From an uncultured delta proteobacterium (GTDB taxonomy: Bacteria; Myxococcota; Myxococcia; Myxococcales; Myxococcaceae): DNA of 64,000 nucleotides. Below the pieces are notes generated by a model. That model was not told the origin of the DNA. It worked only from the letters and a program-made list of their open reading frames with translations, and did no database searches. The translations under genes and the position numbers were made by a program. Numbering within the stretch: the stretch's first letter is position 1; the number at the start of each line of letters is the position of its first letter. Shown one piece after another: positions 1 through 10,588 of the stretch. The stretch covers positions 160,001-224,000 of the forward strand of contig CAVZMH010000001.1 in the NCBI GenBank assembly GCA_963776345.1. Direction: 5' to 3'.

Positions 1-639
1 GTCTACCCGACCCGGACCTGGCATGGCACCAAGGAGGACCCGTTCAGCCTGATCCTCGACGTGGGGGCGACGGTGGACGCCACCGCCGAAGATCTAGTGA
101 CCTTCGCGGTGATGGGGTCGGCCTACGCCCGCATCATCAGCCAGAACCACAATCCGTCGGTCGCCCTGCTCTCCAACGGCACCGAGGCCACCAAGGGGCC
201 GCCGCGCGTCGTCGAGGCGCACGCCAGGCTGGCCCAGCTCCCGGGCATCCGCTTCGTGGGGAACGTCGAGGGCGTGGACATCCCGAAGGGCACGGCGGAC
301 GTCATCTGCTGCGACGGCTTCGTCGGCAACGTGTGCCTGAAGATGCTGGAGGGCGTGGCCGAGACGGTGGTCGAGCTGGCCAACTACGCCTACCACTCGG
401 CGCTGCGCTGGAAGATCGGCCTTGCCTTGCTCAGCAACGGGCTGAGACAGCTCAAGGACGTGACCGACTGGCAGCAGTACGGCGGAGCGCCCGTGCTCGG
501 CTTCGACCGGCTGTTCATCAAGGCCCACGGCCGCTCGAAGGCCCGGGCCATCGCCAACGCCGGAAAGGTCGCCGCCAAGGCGGTCACCTCGGATCTGGTC
601 CACGCAATTCGGGAGGGGCTGTCGCCCGGCGGCTCCTGA
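1..639 (+). CDS. plsX: Phosphate acyltransferase PlsX (5' end outside window)
   Basis: Frame open from base 1. Motifs LILDVGA, ALLSNGTEATKG, FVGNVEG, DVICCDGFVGNVCLK and YGGAPVLG..IKAHG are typical of PlsX. Confidence 0.93.
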   Translation, partial: VYPTRTWHGTKEDPFSLILDVGATVDATAEDLVTFAVMGSAYARIISQNHNPSVALLSNGTEATKGPPRVVEAHARLAQLPGIRFVGNVEGVDIPKGTADVICCDGFVGNVCLKMLEGVAETVVELANYAYHSALRWKIGLALLSNGLRQLKDVTDWQQYGGAPVLGFDRLFIKAHGRSKARAIANAGKVAAKAVTSDLVHAIREGLSPGGS

Positions 640-642
640 CCG

Positions 643-1704
643 ATGGCCCTTCCGGACCGCATCGACCCGCGGCCGCCCCGTCGCATCTACCGCTGGGACC
701 TGGACAAGACCTACCTCCAGACGGAGTTCGACACCTTCGCCCAGCTGGTGCGCACGGCCCTGGAGAAGGCGAGCGAGAAGCAGGCGGTGCCCGGCGCGGC
801 GGCGCTGATCCGCGAGCTCCGCGCGCAGGGCGACACCCGGCTGTGCATCATCTCCGGAAGCCCCAAGCAGATGCGGGCGGTGCTCGAGGCCAAGCTGAAG
901 CTCGACGGGGTCGAGTGGGACGAGCTGGTGCTCAAGGACAACGTCCGCAACCTGCTCCGGGGGCGCTTCCGGGCCCTCCGGGGGCAGGTCGGCTACAAGC
1001 TCCCGGTCCTCCTCGAGAGCCGCATCCACGCGCCGGCGGAGGCCGAGGAGGTGCTGTTCGGCGACGACGCCGAGGCCGACGCGTTCGTCTACTCGCTCTA
1101 CGCCGACCTGATCGCCGGGCGCGTGGACGAGGCGGTCCTCGGCCAGGTGCTCGAGACGGCGCAGGTGTACCCCGACGACCGGGCGCGCATCTTCACCGCC
1201 TGGCGCGCGATCCCCCGCGCCGACCCGGTGCGGCGCATCTTCATCCACCTGGACCGGCTCACCCCGCCGGCGTACTTCGGCCGCTACGGCCCGCGGGTGG
1301 TGCCGGTCTTCAACTACTTCCAGGCGGCGCTGGTGCTGCTCGCCGACGGGCACCTCAACCCGGGCCAGGTGGCCCGCGTCGCGGTGGAGATGGTGCAGAC
1401 CGCGGGGCACAACCTCCTGACCCTGAGCAACTCGTTCCAGGACCTGGTGCGGCGAGGGCTGCCGATCCAGGCGGTGGCGGCGCCGCTGCTCCAGGCGCTC
1501 GAGGGTGCTCTGCAGGGCCCGGGTGCCGTGCTCCAGGCGTTCCGCCCGCTGCCGGACATCGTCAAGGCGTTCACCCGCCGGGTCGCCGCGCTCGGCGCTC
1601 CGCCGCCGCCGCAGGCGCCCCGGGCGATCGACTACCTGAGCGTCCTCGACGACGCGCGCCCGAGGACGCACCGCGCGAGGAAGCGCCCGGGCGAGCTGGC
1701 TTGA
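643..1704 (+). CDS. HAD-superfamily phosphatase, App1/DUF2183-like
   Basis: DxDxT motif (WDLDKT), IISGSP and LFGDDAEAD; starts 3 nt after the plsX stop. Confidence 0.7.
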   Translation: MALPDRIDPRPPRRIYRWDLDKTYLQTEFDTFAQLVRTALEKASEKQAVPGAAALIRELRAQGDTRLCIISGSPKQMRAVLEAKLKLDGVEWDELVLKDNVRNLLRGRFRALRGQVGYKLPVLLESRIHAPAEAEEVLFGDDAEADAFVYSLYADLIAGRVDEAVLGQVLETAQVYPDDRARIFTAWRAIPRADPVRRIFIHLDRLTPPAYFGRYGPRVVPVFNYFQAALVLLADGHLNPGQVARVAVEMVQTAGHNLLTLSNSFQDLVRRGLPIQAVAAPLLQALEGALQGPGAVLQAFRPLPDIVKAFTRRVAALGAPPPPQAPRAIDYLSVLDDARPRTHRARKRPGELA

Positions 1705-1709
1705 GCACC

Positions 1710-3587
1710 ATGCGCTCGAACACCCCGTCCCGTCGTCGCCGTCTCTGGCCGTGGCTCGTCGCCCTGCTCGCGCTGGTCGGCCTGGCGCTCTTCCTCATTC
1801 GAGACAGGGAGCGTCCTGCGGACGACGGCGGCTCCGCGACCCGCGGCCCGGCGACCGGGGCGGCGGCTCCGGCCCGACCCGGGGCCGCCGGGACGCCCGG
1901 ACGCGTGGCGGCGCCGGAGCCCGTGGCGCCCGCGCGGGAGGCGCTCCCGCCGTTCACCGGCCGGGTGATCTCCTCTGTCGACGGACAGGCCGTCTCCGGC
2001 GCCGAGGTGACCTTCTTCGCCCCCGAGGGAGCGACCTCGGTCCGCTCGGGGCCCGACGGCCGCTTCCGCCTCGTGCCGTCGCGCGCCGGTCCACACCAGC
2101 TCGCGGCGGTGCTCGCCGAGGGCTACGTGCCGTTCGGCCCGGAGTGGGGACAGAGCCCCATCCGGCTCGTCGCGCCCGCGCCCCCCGGGACTCCCGAGCT
2201 GCTCGTGTGGCTCGACCCCGAGGTGCGGCTGAAGGGCCGCGTCGAGGCCACCGAGGGAGGCGCTCCCATCGCCGGCGCGACGGTGACCTTGCGCGTCCCG
2301 GGGGGCCGGCCGGGCCTGCTCGGTCCGGAGCGCCAGTGGACGACGGACGCTCGGGGAGAGTTTTCCGGCACGGCCCCTCCCGAGGCCATGCTGGTGGCGC
2401 GTGCCGCCGGCTTTGCGCCGGCGGTCGAGGCGCTGCGCGGCGGGGGGCGCTCGCAGACCGTGACCCTCCGGCTCAGGCCCGCACCGGAGGATGCGGCCCC
2501 GGACCAGCCCATCGCCGGACGGGTGGTGGAGGCGAGCGGAGCGCCCGTGCCCGACGCGGTGGTGACGCTCGGCGCCGCCCGGCGGGGGCCGCGGGGAGGG
2601 GGCTCGCCGCTCCCCGCTCCGGTCACCACGGATGCCCAGGGCCGGTTCCGGTTCGAGGCGGTGCCGGCGCAGGCGGGCTGGGCCCAGGCCTCGTCCGGCG
2701 AGCTCCTCTCGGACCGGGTGGTCGTCCAGCCGGGGGACACCGAGGTGGTCCTCACGGTCCGTCCCGGTGGCGTGCTCGCCGGGCGGGTCCTCCACGCCGA
2801 CGGTCGGCCCGCGACCGCGTTCGCGGTGCAGCTGGCGCGGCCGCGGCGGTCGGAGCCGGTCCGGACGCTGTCCATCGTGGATCCGGACGGCCGCTGGGAG
2901 GTGCGCGGGCTGGGGGCGGGGCCGTGGGAGCTGCAGGCGCTCGCCCGGGACAGCGGACCCTCGGAGACCGTCCGGGTGGAGCTTCCCGCCACGCCCGGCG
3001 CCCGCGTGGAGAGGGAGCTCCGGCTCCGCGCGGGCCGGCGGCTGTCGGGGGTGGTCCGGGACGCGAACACCCGCGCGACGGTGGCCGGAGCCCGGGTGGC
3101 GATGGAGGCCTCGCCGGGAGAGGACTCGGTCCTGGTCCGCACCGGAACGTTCACTGGACCCGACGGCCGGTTCGAGCTGGAAGGCGTGCCGGACGCGCCG
3201 GTGAGCATCTCGGTCGAGTCGGAGCGGTACAACCGCCGCATCGTGACCCTCGCCCGGGGCAGGACCGAGGTGGAGGTCTCGCTCCGGCCGCTGGCCACGG
3301 ACCAGGCGCCGACGACCGACCTGGTGGGGATCGGCGCGGTGGTGAGCCGGAGCGAGGAGGGCATCGTGCTCGGAAACTTGATGCCGTCCGGCGGCGCCGC
3401 CGCCGCAGGGCTGCACCCGGGAGACCTGGTGCTGCGCGTGGACGGGCAGCCGGTGGGCGAGCTGGGCTTCGTGGACGCGATCCAGCGGCTCCGGGGCGAG
3501 GAGGGGACGGTGGTCCGGCTCGACATCCGGCGCGCCGACGGGACGACCGCCACGGTGGACGTCGTGCGCCGGCCGATCAGCTTCTGA
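1710..3587 (+). CDS. Membrane-anchored protein with carboxypeptidase-regulatory-like (transthyretin-fold) repeats and a C-terminal PDZ domain
   Basis: ATG at 1710; N-terminal TM (LWPWLVALLALVGLALFLI); repeated GRV...G.PV.GA.V...TD..GRF units; C-terminal GIGAVV...AAAAGLHPGDLVLRVDG PDZ. Confidence 0.85.
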   Translation: MRSNTPSRRRRLWPWLVALLALVGLALFLIRDRERPADDGGSATRGPATGAAAPARPGAAGTPGRVAAPEPVAPAREALPPFTGRVISSVDGQAVSGAEVTFFAPEGATSVRSGPDGRFRLVPSRAGPHQLAAVLAEGYVPFGPEWGQSPIRLVAPAPPGTPELLVWLDPEVRLKGRVEATEGGAPIAGATVTLRVPGGRPGLLGPERQWTTDARGEFSGTAPPEAMLVARAAGFAPAVEALRGGGRSQTVTLRLRPAPEDAAPDQPIAGRVVEASGAPVPDAVVTLGAARRGPRGGGSPLPAPVTTDAQGRFRFEAVPAQAGWAQASSGELLSDRVVVQPGDTEVVLTVRPGGVLAGRVLHADGRPATAFAVQLARPRRSEPVRTLSIVDPDGRWEVRGLGAGPWELQALARDSGPSETVRVELPATPGARVERELRLRAGRRLSGVVRDANTRATVAGARVAMEASPGEDSVLVRTGTFTGPDGRFELEGVPDAPVSISVESERYNRRIVTLARGRTEVEVSLRPLATDQAPTTDLVGIGAVVSRSEEGIVLGNLMPSGGAAAAGLHPGDLVLRVDGQPVGELGFVDAIQRLRGEEGTVVRLDIRRADGTTATVDVVRRPISF

Positions 3588-4596
3588 CCAGCACGCCGCG
3601 CGGGGTGAGCGGGCGGTCCCGCGGCAAGAGCTGCTGCTCCTGGTACCAGCGGAGCGCGTCGCGGATGCCGTGCCGCACCGGGCGTGGCCGGTAGTCGAGC
3701 GTGCGCTGGGCCAGCGCCGAGCTCACGTACGCCGGCTCGAAGAGCTGGCGCAGGAAGGGCGTGTTCACCCAGCCGAGCCGGGCCGAGGAGAGGGCCCCGA
3801 GGACGTCACCGGTGCGCCCCAGCGCCCGGGCCGCCCAGCCGGGGAGAGCGACCAGGGGTGCGCGCTGTCCGCACTCCTCGGCGATCTGGGCGAGGAACGC
3901 GTGGTGGGTGAGGTTCTCGCCTCCGAGGATGTAGCGGGTGCGCGGTAGGCCGGCGCGCATCGCCAGCACCAGCCCACCGGCGACGTCGTCGGCGTTCACG
4001 AAGTTCGCCCCCCCGGGGGGGTAGGCCAGGAGGAGCCCCGAGGCCACCAGCCGGACCACCTCGGCGCTGGTGGCCCCGGTCCCGTATGCGCCGACGACGA
4101 AGGTGGGGTTGCAGACGATGACTTGAAGACCTCCCCAGTCGCCGAGGGCGAGCTCCTCGGCGGCGCGCTTGCTCTCGGCGTAGGGCGTGCTCCGCTCGGG
4201 TCGGGGGGCGTCCTCGGTCGCCGGCTGGTCGAGGGTGCCGTGTCCGACGGTGACGCTGGACGAGACGTGCACCAGCCTGCGCACGCCCGCGCTGCGCGCC
4301 GCCTGGAGCACCTGCCGGGTCCCCTCGACGTTGATGGTCCACAGCAGGAGCCGTCCCGCGTCGTCGAAGCGCACGTGCCCTGCGGCGTGGAACACCCGCT
4401 GGACGCCGTTCATCGCCTTGGCCAGCGAGTGCGCATCGCGCACGTCGCCCGACACCCGCTCCACCTCCAGCCCGCCGAGGGAACGGGCGTCGGAGCCGGG
4501 GGTGAGCAGCACGCGCGGCCGCTCGCCGGCCCGGAGCAGGGTACGGACGAGATTTGCTCCGATGAGTCCGGTGGCGCCCGTCAGGAGCGTTCGCAT
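3577..4596 (-). CDS. NAD-dependent epimerase/dehydratase (HpnA/dihydroflavonol reductase-like)
   Basis: TGATGLIG Rossmann motif, YAESK catalytic motif, YILGGENL. Confidence 0.88.
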   Translation of the reverse strand: MRTLLTGATGLIGANLVRTLLRAGERPRVLLTPGSDARSLGGLEVERVSGDVRDAHSLAKAMNGVQRVFHAAGHVRFDDAGRLLLWTINVEGTRQVLQAARSAGVRRLVHVSSSVTVGHGTLDQPATEDAPRPERSTPYAESKRAAEELALGDWGGLQVIVCNPTFVVGAYGTGATSAEVVRLVASGLLLAYPPGGANFVNADDVAGGLVLAMRAGLPRTRYILGGENLTHHAFLAQIAEECGQRAPLVALPGWAARALGRTGDVLGALSSARLGWVNTPFLRQLFEPAYVSSALAQRTLDYRPRPVRHGIRDALRWYQEQQLLPRDRPLTPRGVLVRS

Positions 4597-4649
4597 GGTA
4601 TAGACGCGTGCCCTTCAAAGCCCGCTCCGACCCGGGGCGTCAATCGCTG

Positions 4650-6266
4650 ATGACGGACGATCCCACCGAGCCCGAACCCACCGTCGCTGCCACCCGGCCC
4701 GCGGAAGCACTGCCCGGGGGTTCCGATGACCCGGGGGCCGAGCCCGCGCTGGACGGCGAGGCTCCGGAGCTCGAGGCCGCCGAGGACGACGACGAGGCGG
4801 AGGACGAGCCGGATCCGCTCGCCGGGCCGGTGCCGGAGCCACCGCCGCCGCACGACGAGAAGGAGCCGGAGCCGGTCCCGCCCGCGCTGTGGGAGAGCGA
4901 CGCCGACCATCTCGATCCCACCGCCCCGGTCCCGCGGGACCACGCGCCGGACATCGATCCGGAGAAGCTCGATCCGGACGCGCTCAAGGTGGTGAACCGG
5001 CTGCTGCAGTACGGGCACCAGGCGTACCTGGTCGGCGGCTGCGTCCGGGATCTGCTGGTCGGTCGGACCCCCAAGGACTTCGACGTCGCCACCAGCGCGG
5101 TGCCCAGCGAGGTGCGCGGCATCTTCCGCAACTGCCGGCTCATCGGGCGGCGGTTCCGGCTCGCGCACGTCTACTTCAAGGGCGGGAAGATCGTGGAGGT
5201 CTCCACCTTCCGCGCCAACCCCAGCGAGCTGGAAGACACCCCGGCCGAGGCTGGCGAGGGCGGTGAGGAGAAGGACGACCTCCTGATCAGCGACGACAAC
5301 GTCTTCGGCACCGCCGAGCAGGACGCGCGCCGCCGGGACTTCACCATCAACGGCCTCTTCTACGACGTCGCCGGGGGGCGGGTGATCGACTTCGTGGGGG
5401 GGCTGCGGGACCTGCGCGCGCGCGAGGTGCGCACCATCGGCGACCCGGAGATCCGCCTCCGGGAGGATCCGGTCCGCATCCTGCGCGCGGTGCGCTTCGC
5501 CTGCCGGCTGGAGTTCGACATCGAGTCGCGGACCTATGCGGCGATGGAGGGCACGGTGGAGGACCTGCCGCGCTGTGCCCCGCCCCGGTTGCTCGAGGAC
5601 ACGTTCCGGATCCTCCGCGGCGGGGTGAGCGCCGGAGGCCTACAGCTGCTCGCCGCGCTCGATGCGCTGCGCTTCCTGCTGCCGCCGGTGGATGGGTGGC
5701 TCAAGGAGCGGGGCCCGGAGGGCGCCGCGCTGCTGCGGGCGCATGCCGAGCGGCTCGATACCCGCGTCCGCTCGGGCGTGGTGCCGGAGGACGCGGTGCT
5801 CCTGGCGACGCTGCTGCTGCCGCTGGTGCGCTCGGCGCCCGCTCCGGCGGAGGCTCCGGCCGGTGGCCTCGAGTCGGAGGAGGTGGGACCTTCGGTGCCG
5901 CCCGCCGTGGAGGACCTCCTCCAGGAGCTCGTCCGCACCGCGCGGCTCCCCCGGCGCATCGCCGAGCGGTGCCGGATGATCCTCCTCGCGCAGGCGACCC
6001 TCTCCGGGCAGCGGCGGCGACGGGGCGGCCCGGCCAGCTTCCGGCGGCACCCCCTGTTCCAGGAAGCGCTGACCGTCTTCGAGCTCTCGGTGGAAGCCAC
6101 GGGGGAACACCGGGAGGCGCTCGAGGCCTGGAAGGCGGGTGGCGCGCCCGCGCCTCCGACCGGAGGTCCGGGGTCCGAGGGGGGCCGGCGTCGGCGGCGG
6201 CGTCGCAGGCGGGGCCCGCGTTCCGGCCCGCCCTCCGGGGAAGGGGGGGGCGGACCCGCGGCCTGA
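4650..6266 (+). CDS. pcnB: Poly(A) polymerase I
   Basis: YLVGGCVRD, KDFDVAT, PAP-I signature LIGRRFRLAHV, DARRRDFTIN, EDPVRILRAVRF. ATG 4650 preferred over GTG 4608. Confidence 0.92.
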   Translation: MTDDPTEPEPTVAATRPAEALPGGSDDPGAEPALDGEAPELEAAEDDDEAEDEPDPLAGPVPEPPPPHDEKEPEPVPPALWESDADHLDPTAPVPRDHAPDIDPEKLDPDALKVVNRLLQYGHQAYLVGGCVRDLLVGRTPKDFDVATSAVPSEVRGIFRNCRLIGRRFRLAHVYFKGGKIVEVSTFRANPSELEDTPAEAGEGGEEKDDLLISDDNVFGTAEQDARRRDFTINGLFYDVAGGRVIDFVGGLRDLRAREVRTIGDPEIRLREDPVRILRAVRFACRLEFDIESRTYAAMEGTVEDLPRCAPPRLLEDTFRILRGGVSAGGLQLLAALDALRFLLPPVDGWLKERGPEGAALLRAHAERLDTRVRSGVVPEDAVLLATLLLPLVRSAPAPAEAPAGGLESEEVGPSVPPAVEDLLQELVRTARLPRRIAERCRMILLAQATLSGQRRRRGGPASFRRHPLFQEALTVFELSVEATGEHREALEAWKAGGAPAPPTGGPGSEGGRRRRRRRRRGPRSGPPSGEGGGGPAA

Positions 6267-6329
6267 CGCCGCGAGTCATCGCCTTGATGTTGCGCAGAGG
6301 CCCGTTCCGCGCCAATTGGAGCCCGTCCG

Positions 6330-7178
6330 GTGCTGAATCCCTCCTTACTCGACGCCCCGCCCAGGCCTTATCCGGTCGCGCTGGAGCGTCCGTCCGTGCC
6401 GATCGAGCTGGGCGAGGCCGAGCTCGGGGCGTTCCTCGACCTGCTCGCGGTGCGCCGCGAGCGCCCGTCGCTCCCCTACCTCCGGCGCCTCCAGCGGCGG
6501 TGCCTGACCACGGTGGCCTTCGAAAACCTCGACATCCACTGGCGGGTGCCGATCCAGCTCGACGTCCGTCACGCCTGGGAGAAGGTCGTCCGGCGCCGGC
6601 GCGGCGGCTTCTGTTACGAGCTCAACGGTCTGTTCAGCTGGGCGCTGGAGCGGCTGGGATTCGATGTCGCGTTGCTCTCGGGGAAGGTGTGGCGCAAGCC
6701 GACCCGGGCCTGGGGTCCGGAGTACGACCACCTCGCGCTCCACGTCAGGGTCGACGGCGGGGACTACCTGGTCGACGTGGGGTACGGCGACTCGTTCCGG
6801 ACGCCGTTGCCGCTGCCCTCGGGAGCGAGGAGCGACGTGAGCGGGTCGTACCGGTTGTTCCCGGATGGCGGTGAGCTCCAGCTGGAGCACGCCACGGTGC
6901 TGGGGCACTCCAGGCCGCTGTACCGGGTGTCGTTGCGGCCGCGGGTGATGGCGGAGTTCGCCGGGATGTTCCACTGGCACCAGACCAGTCCCGAGTCGCC
7001 CTTCACCAACCACACCATCTTCACCCTGGCGCGGCCGTGGGGGCGGACCACGCTCACCGAGCGGTACCGGATGGAGACGCGGGGCGCGCACACCACCCGT
7101 CAACGCTACCAACGCCCGGACGCGTGGCTGCAGGAGCTCCGCACCCGCTTCGGGGTGAAGGGCCCGCTCGGCTCCTGA
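6330..7178 (+). CDS. Arylamine N-acetyltransferase
   Basis: FENLDI, RRRGGFCYELN (catalytic Cys), DHLAL (His), LVDVGYG (Asp). Start could be GTG 6396. Confidence 0.92.
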   Translation: MLNPSLLDAPPRPYPVALERPSVPIELGEAELGAFLDLLAVRRERPSLPYLRRLQRRCLTTVAFENLDIHWRVPIQLDVRHAWEKVVRRRRGGFCYELNGLFSWALERLGFDVALLSGKVWRKPTRAWGPEYDHLALHVRVDGGDYLVDVGYGDSFRTPLPLPSGARSDVSGSYRLFPDGGELQLEHATVLGHSRPLYRVSLRPRVMAEFAGMFHWHQTSPESPFTNHTIFTLARPWGRTTLTERYRMETRGAHTTRQRYQRPDAWLQELRTRFGVKGPLGS

Positions 7179-7186
7179 AGGGCCCG

Positions 7187-8404
7187 TCAGTCGGGGACGT
7201 CGAGACGCGATGCGCCCGCCCGGGCGCGGACCTCGTCCAGAGGGTCGTCCTCGTCCAGCGAGAGGACGTCGGCCGGAGCGACGGCGCCCTGGCCGAAGCG
7301 GACCGCGATCGCGTCGAGCGCCCGGTTCAGCGCCTCCGAGCGTCCGGGTCGCTCGCCGAAGAGCGCGAGCTGCCCCTCCGCGCCGTCGTGCAGCTCCTGC
7401 GCGGAGACGCCGGTCAGACGCACCGGTCGGGTGACCGGCGCGCGCTCGAGGAGCTCCAGCGCATACCGGTAGATCTCCTGCCCGTCGTCGGTGGGACGCT
7501 CCAGGGTGCGGCGCCGGGTCTGCACCGTGAAGTCGTCCAGCTTGAGCTTCAGCTGAACCACGCGCGTCCGCAGGCCCGCCCTCCGCAGCCGCCGCGCCAC
7601 CCGGAGCGCCTGCGCATGAAGCCTCGGGCGCAGGAGCGATGGGTCCGAGACGTCCTCCTCGAAGGTGTCCTCCGCCCCGATGCTCTTGTTGCCCCTGTCG
7701 GGCACGACCGGTCGGTCGTCCTCTCCGCGGGCCAGCGCGCCGAGGTGCCTCCCGAGCTCGCCCAGACGCGAGGTGAGCCAGTCCGGATCGCGGGCCGCGA
7801 GATCACCCACCCGCCGGAGCCCGAGCCCATGCAGCCGCGCCTCCAGCTTCGGCCCCACGCCCCACAGCCGCGACACGGGAAGTCCCGCGAGAAATGAGCG
7901 ACTGTCCTCCGGCCGGACCTCGCGCTGCCCGTTCGGCTTGGCGAGATCGGAGGCGATCTTCGCCACGAACTTGCACCAGGCGATCCCCGCCGACGCGGGA
8001 AGCCCCACCTCCTCGGCGATCTCCCGCCTCAGCCTCCGCGCGATCTCCGCCGGCGTCCCGAAGAGCGTCTGCGATGCGGTCACGTCCAGGAACGCCTCGT
8101 CGAGCGAGAGAGGCTCGATGAGCGGGGTGACCCGTTCGAGGATCGAGAACACCTGCTCGCTCGCCTCGGCGTAGGCCGCGAAGCGCGGCGGCACCACCAC
8201 CGCACCCGGTGCGAGCACCAGCGCCCTGGCCATCGGGATGGCGCTGCGGACCCCGAAGGGCCGCACCTCGTAGCTCGCGGCCAGGACCACGCCGCGCCGC
8301 GGATGCCCGCCCACGATGACCGGCCGGCCCCGCAGCTCGGGCTGGTCTCGCTGCTCGACGGACGCATAGAAGGCGTCCATGTCCACGTGGAGGATGGCTC
8401 GCAT
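7187..8404 (-). CDS. dinB: DNA polymerase IV
   Basis: ILHVDMDAFYASVEQ, SLDEAFLD, AKIASDLAKPNG. Confidence 0.96.
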   Translation of the reverse strand: MRAILHVDMDAFYASVEQRDQPELRGRPVIVGGHPRRGVVLAASYEVRPFGVRSAIPMARALVLAPGAVVVPPRFAAYAEASEQVFSILERVTPLIEPLSLDEAFLDVTASQTLFGTPAEIARRLRREIAEEVGLPASAGIAWCKFVAKIASDLAKPNGQREVRPEDSRSFLAGLPVSRLWGVGPKLEARLHGLGLRRVGDLAARDPDWLTSRLGELGRHLGALARGEDDRPVVPDRGNKSIGAEDTFEEDVSDPSLLRPRLHAQALRVARRLRRAGLRTRVVQLKLKLDDFTVQTRRRTLERPTDDGQEIYRYALELLERAPVTRPVRLTGVSAQELHDGAEGQLALFGERPGRSEALNRALDAIAVRFGQGAVAPADVLSLDEDDPLDEVRARAGASRLDVPD

Positions 8405-8474
8405 GCCGGGGGGTCCGGAGCGGCGGACACGCTAACCCGGGGGACCCATCCGCCGCCCGACCGGGGGAGGCCCG

Positions 8475-9392
8475 TCAGTCCACGGCGGCGAGCCCGAGCT
8501 CGCCCAGCGCCGTCCGGAGCTCCAGCGGCAACGGGGCCGCCAGCTCCAGCGGCCGCCCGGTGGCCGGGTGCGCCAGGCCGAGGCGCGACGCGTGGAGGAA
8601 GAAGCGGCCCAGCCCCGGGTGCGCCCGTCCGCCGTAGCTGGTGTCGCCGAGCACCGGCGCGCCGATCGCCGCCAGATGCGCGCGGATCTGGTGCAGGACG
8701 CCGGTGTGGATCCGCACCTCGAGCAGCGCCGCATCGCCCGACCGGGAGAGGACCCGGAACTCGCTCAGCGCCTCCCGCCCCGAGCCGTCCAGTGCCGGCT
8801 CGACGTGGTCCCCGCGGTGACGGAGCGGCAGGTCGATCTCGCCAGCGTCGGCCACGGGCCCGGTCACCACCGCGAGGTACCGCTTGTCGACCCGCCGCTC
8901 GGAGAAGGCGTCCCGCAGCGCGCGCCAGGCCTCCGGGGTCCGGGCGGCGAGCAGCACCCCCGAGGTCAGCGTGTCCAGGCGATGCACCAGCCCGCCCTCG
9001 CGCGGGTCCGCCGAGGCGTCCGCGCACTCCGGATGCCGCGCCACCAGCGCGTTCACCACCGTCCCGCGCTCGCCCGGCGCCAGCGGATGGCTCGGAATCC
9101 CCGCCGGCTTGTCGACGGCGACCAGCTGCGGGTCGAGGTGGAGGAGGTGGAGGGGCAGCTCGGGCTGGGGCACCGGGCGCGGGTCCTCGGTCGGCAGGGT
9201 CACCTCGACCCGTGCCCCGGCGACGGTCCGGTCGCCCTTGCGCGGAGGCCGTCCGCCGATCCGCACCGCCCCCAGCTCCAGCAGCTCCTTCACCCGCGCC
9301 CGGGGCAGCTCCAGCGCTCCGGCCAGCCACACGTCGACCCGCATCCCGGCGGCGTCGGGCGGGACCTCGAGGCTTCTCCGCCCATCGCTCAT
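8475..9392 (-). CDS. RluA/RluD-family pseudouridine synthase with S4 domain
   Basis: ATG 9392 overlaps the kinase stop; [38 protein letters not shown]. Confidence 0.93.
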   Translation of the reverse strand: MSDGRRSLEVPPDAAGMRVDVWLAGALELPRARVKELLELGAVRIGGRPPRKGDRTVAGARVEVTLPTEDPRPVPQPELPLHLLHLDPQLVAVDKPAGIPSHPLAPGERGTVVNALVARHPECADASADPREGGLVHRLDTLTSGVLLAARTPEAWRALRDAFSERRVDKRYLAVVTGPVADAGEIDLPLRHRGDHVEPALDGSGREALSEFRVLSRSGDAALLEVRIHTGVLHQIRAHLAAIGAPVLGDTSYGGRAHPGLGRFFLHASRLGLAHPATGRPLELAAPLPLELRTALGELGLAAVD

Positions 9393-10507
9393 TCGGCGAG
9401 CGCCTCGGCGACCTCCTCCGCGGTCTGGAAGCGCTCCGCCGGCTCCTTCCGCAGCAGCCGGTGCGCGATGCGGGCCAGGGCGGCATCGGCGCCGGGGTTG
9501 ATCGACGTCACCGTGGCCGCCTCCGTCTCCAGCACCTTCTGCCAGAGCTCGTGCGGGGTACGGGCGTCGAACGGCGTCCGGCCGGTGAGCATCTCGTAGA
9601 GGATGACCCCCAGCGAGTACAGGTCCGCGCGCGCGTCGAGCCCCTCTCCGAGGATTTGCTCCGGCGCCATGTAGCGGAAGGTGCCCACCAGCCGGCCATC
9701 GGCCGTCACCGCGCCGTCGTCGGCGAGGAACTTGGCCAGGCCGAAGTCCATCAGGCGCACCAGCCGGTCCTCGTCCACCATGACGTTGGTCGGCTTGAGA
9801 TCGCGGTGCACCAGGCCGTGGCCGTGGATGTAGCTCAGGGCGCTGGCCAGCTGGGTCATCGCGTCCTTCAGTCGCCCGGTTCGCTCGGGCCGGTTCAGCG
9901 CCGGCAGGTCCGGAGCGCGGTGCAGGTGCTCGGGGGCGGGCTGCTCGACGGGCGGCGCATCCGGGGCCTCGCTCACGCTCACCTCGCGCGACTCCTGGGT
10001 GTCCGGCTCGTCGGCCGCGTCCGCCAGGGCCCGCACGCTCTCCGGGCCGGTGGAGTACGAGACCTCCTCGCTCGGCGGCTCCTCGGCGAAGCTGCTCAGG
10101 GTGAAGGTCGGCGTCCCCCACTCCCCGGTGTCGGTGTCGTTCCAGGGCACGCTCGGCTCGTCGCGCTTCCGGATCGGGGGCCGGGCGTCCGGCGAGCCGC
10201 TCAGGTCCAGCTCGAGGTAGTTCCGGAGGGTCAGGCCCTCCACCAGCTCCATTGCGAGATACGGGTAGCCGTGGTGCACCCCGGTGTCGAACACCTTCAC
10301 CACGTTGGGATGGGAGAGCTCGGCCAGGGTCTCGAACTCCCGGGCCAGCCGCCGCGCCGCACGGGGGTCCAGCGCCGGCCCGGTGGAGAGGAGCTTCAAC
10401 GCCACGGGCTCACCCGTTCGGCGGTCGAGCGCGCGGTACACCGTCCCCGCGCCTCCACTGCCCAGCGTGTCGAGGACGCGGTAGGGGCCGATGACCTTGG
10501 GTGGCAT
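9389..10507 (-). CDS. Cytoplasmic Ser/Thr protein kinase with a long acidic insert
   Basis: [37 protein letters not shown] 10507 with GGAG upstream. Confidence 0.93.
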   Translation of the reverse strand: MPPKVIGPYRVLDTLGSGGAGTVYRALDRRTGEPVALKLLSTGPALDPRAARRLAREFETLAELSHPNVVKVFDTGVHHGYPYLAMELVEGLTLRNYLELDLSGSPDARPPIRKRDEPSVPWNDTDTGEWGTPTFTLSSFAEEPPSEEVSYSTGPESVRALADAADEPDTQESREVSVSEAPDAPPVEQPAPEHLHRAPDLPALNRPERTGRLKDAMTQLASALSYIHGHGLVHRDLKPTNVMVDEDRLVRLMDFGLAKFLADDGAVTADGRLVGTFRYMAPEQILGEGLDARADLYSLGVILYEMLTGRTPFDARTPHELWQKVLETEAATVTSINPGADAALARIAHRLLRKEPAERFQTAEEVAEALAE

Positions 10508-10588
10508 GAGCGAAGCTCCAGAATTGTAAGAAGCGCGCGACACAGGGGTCAACGAATTGGGGGACCTCGCCGTAGACTGAGGGGGCCC

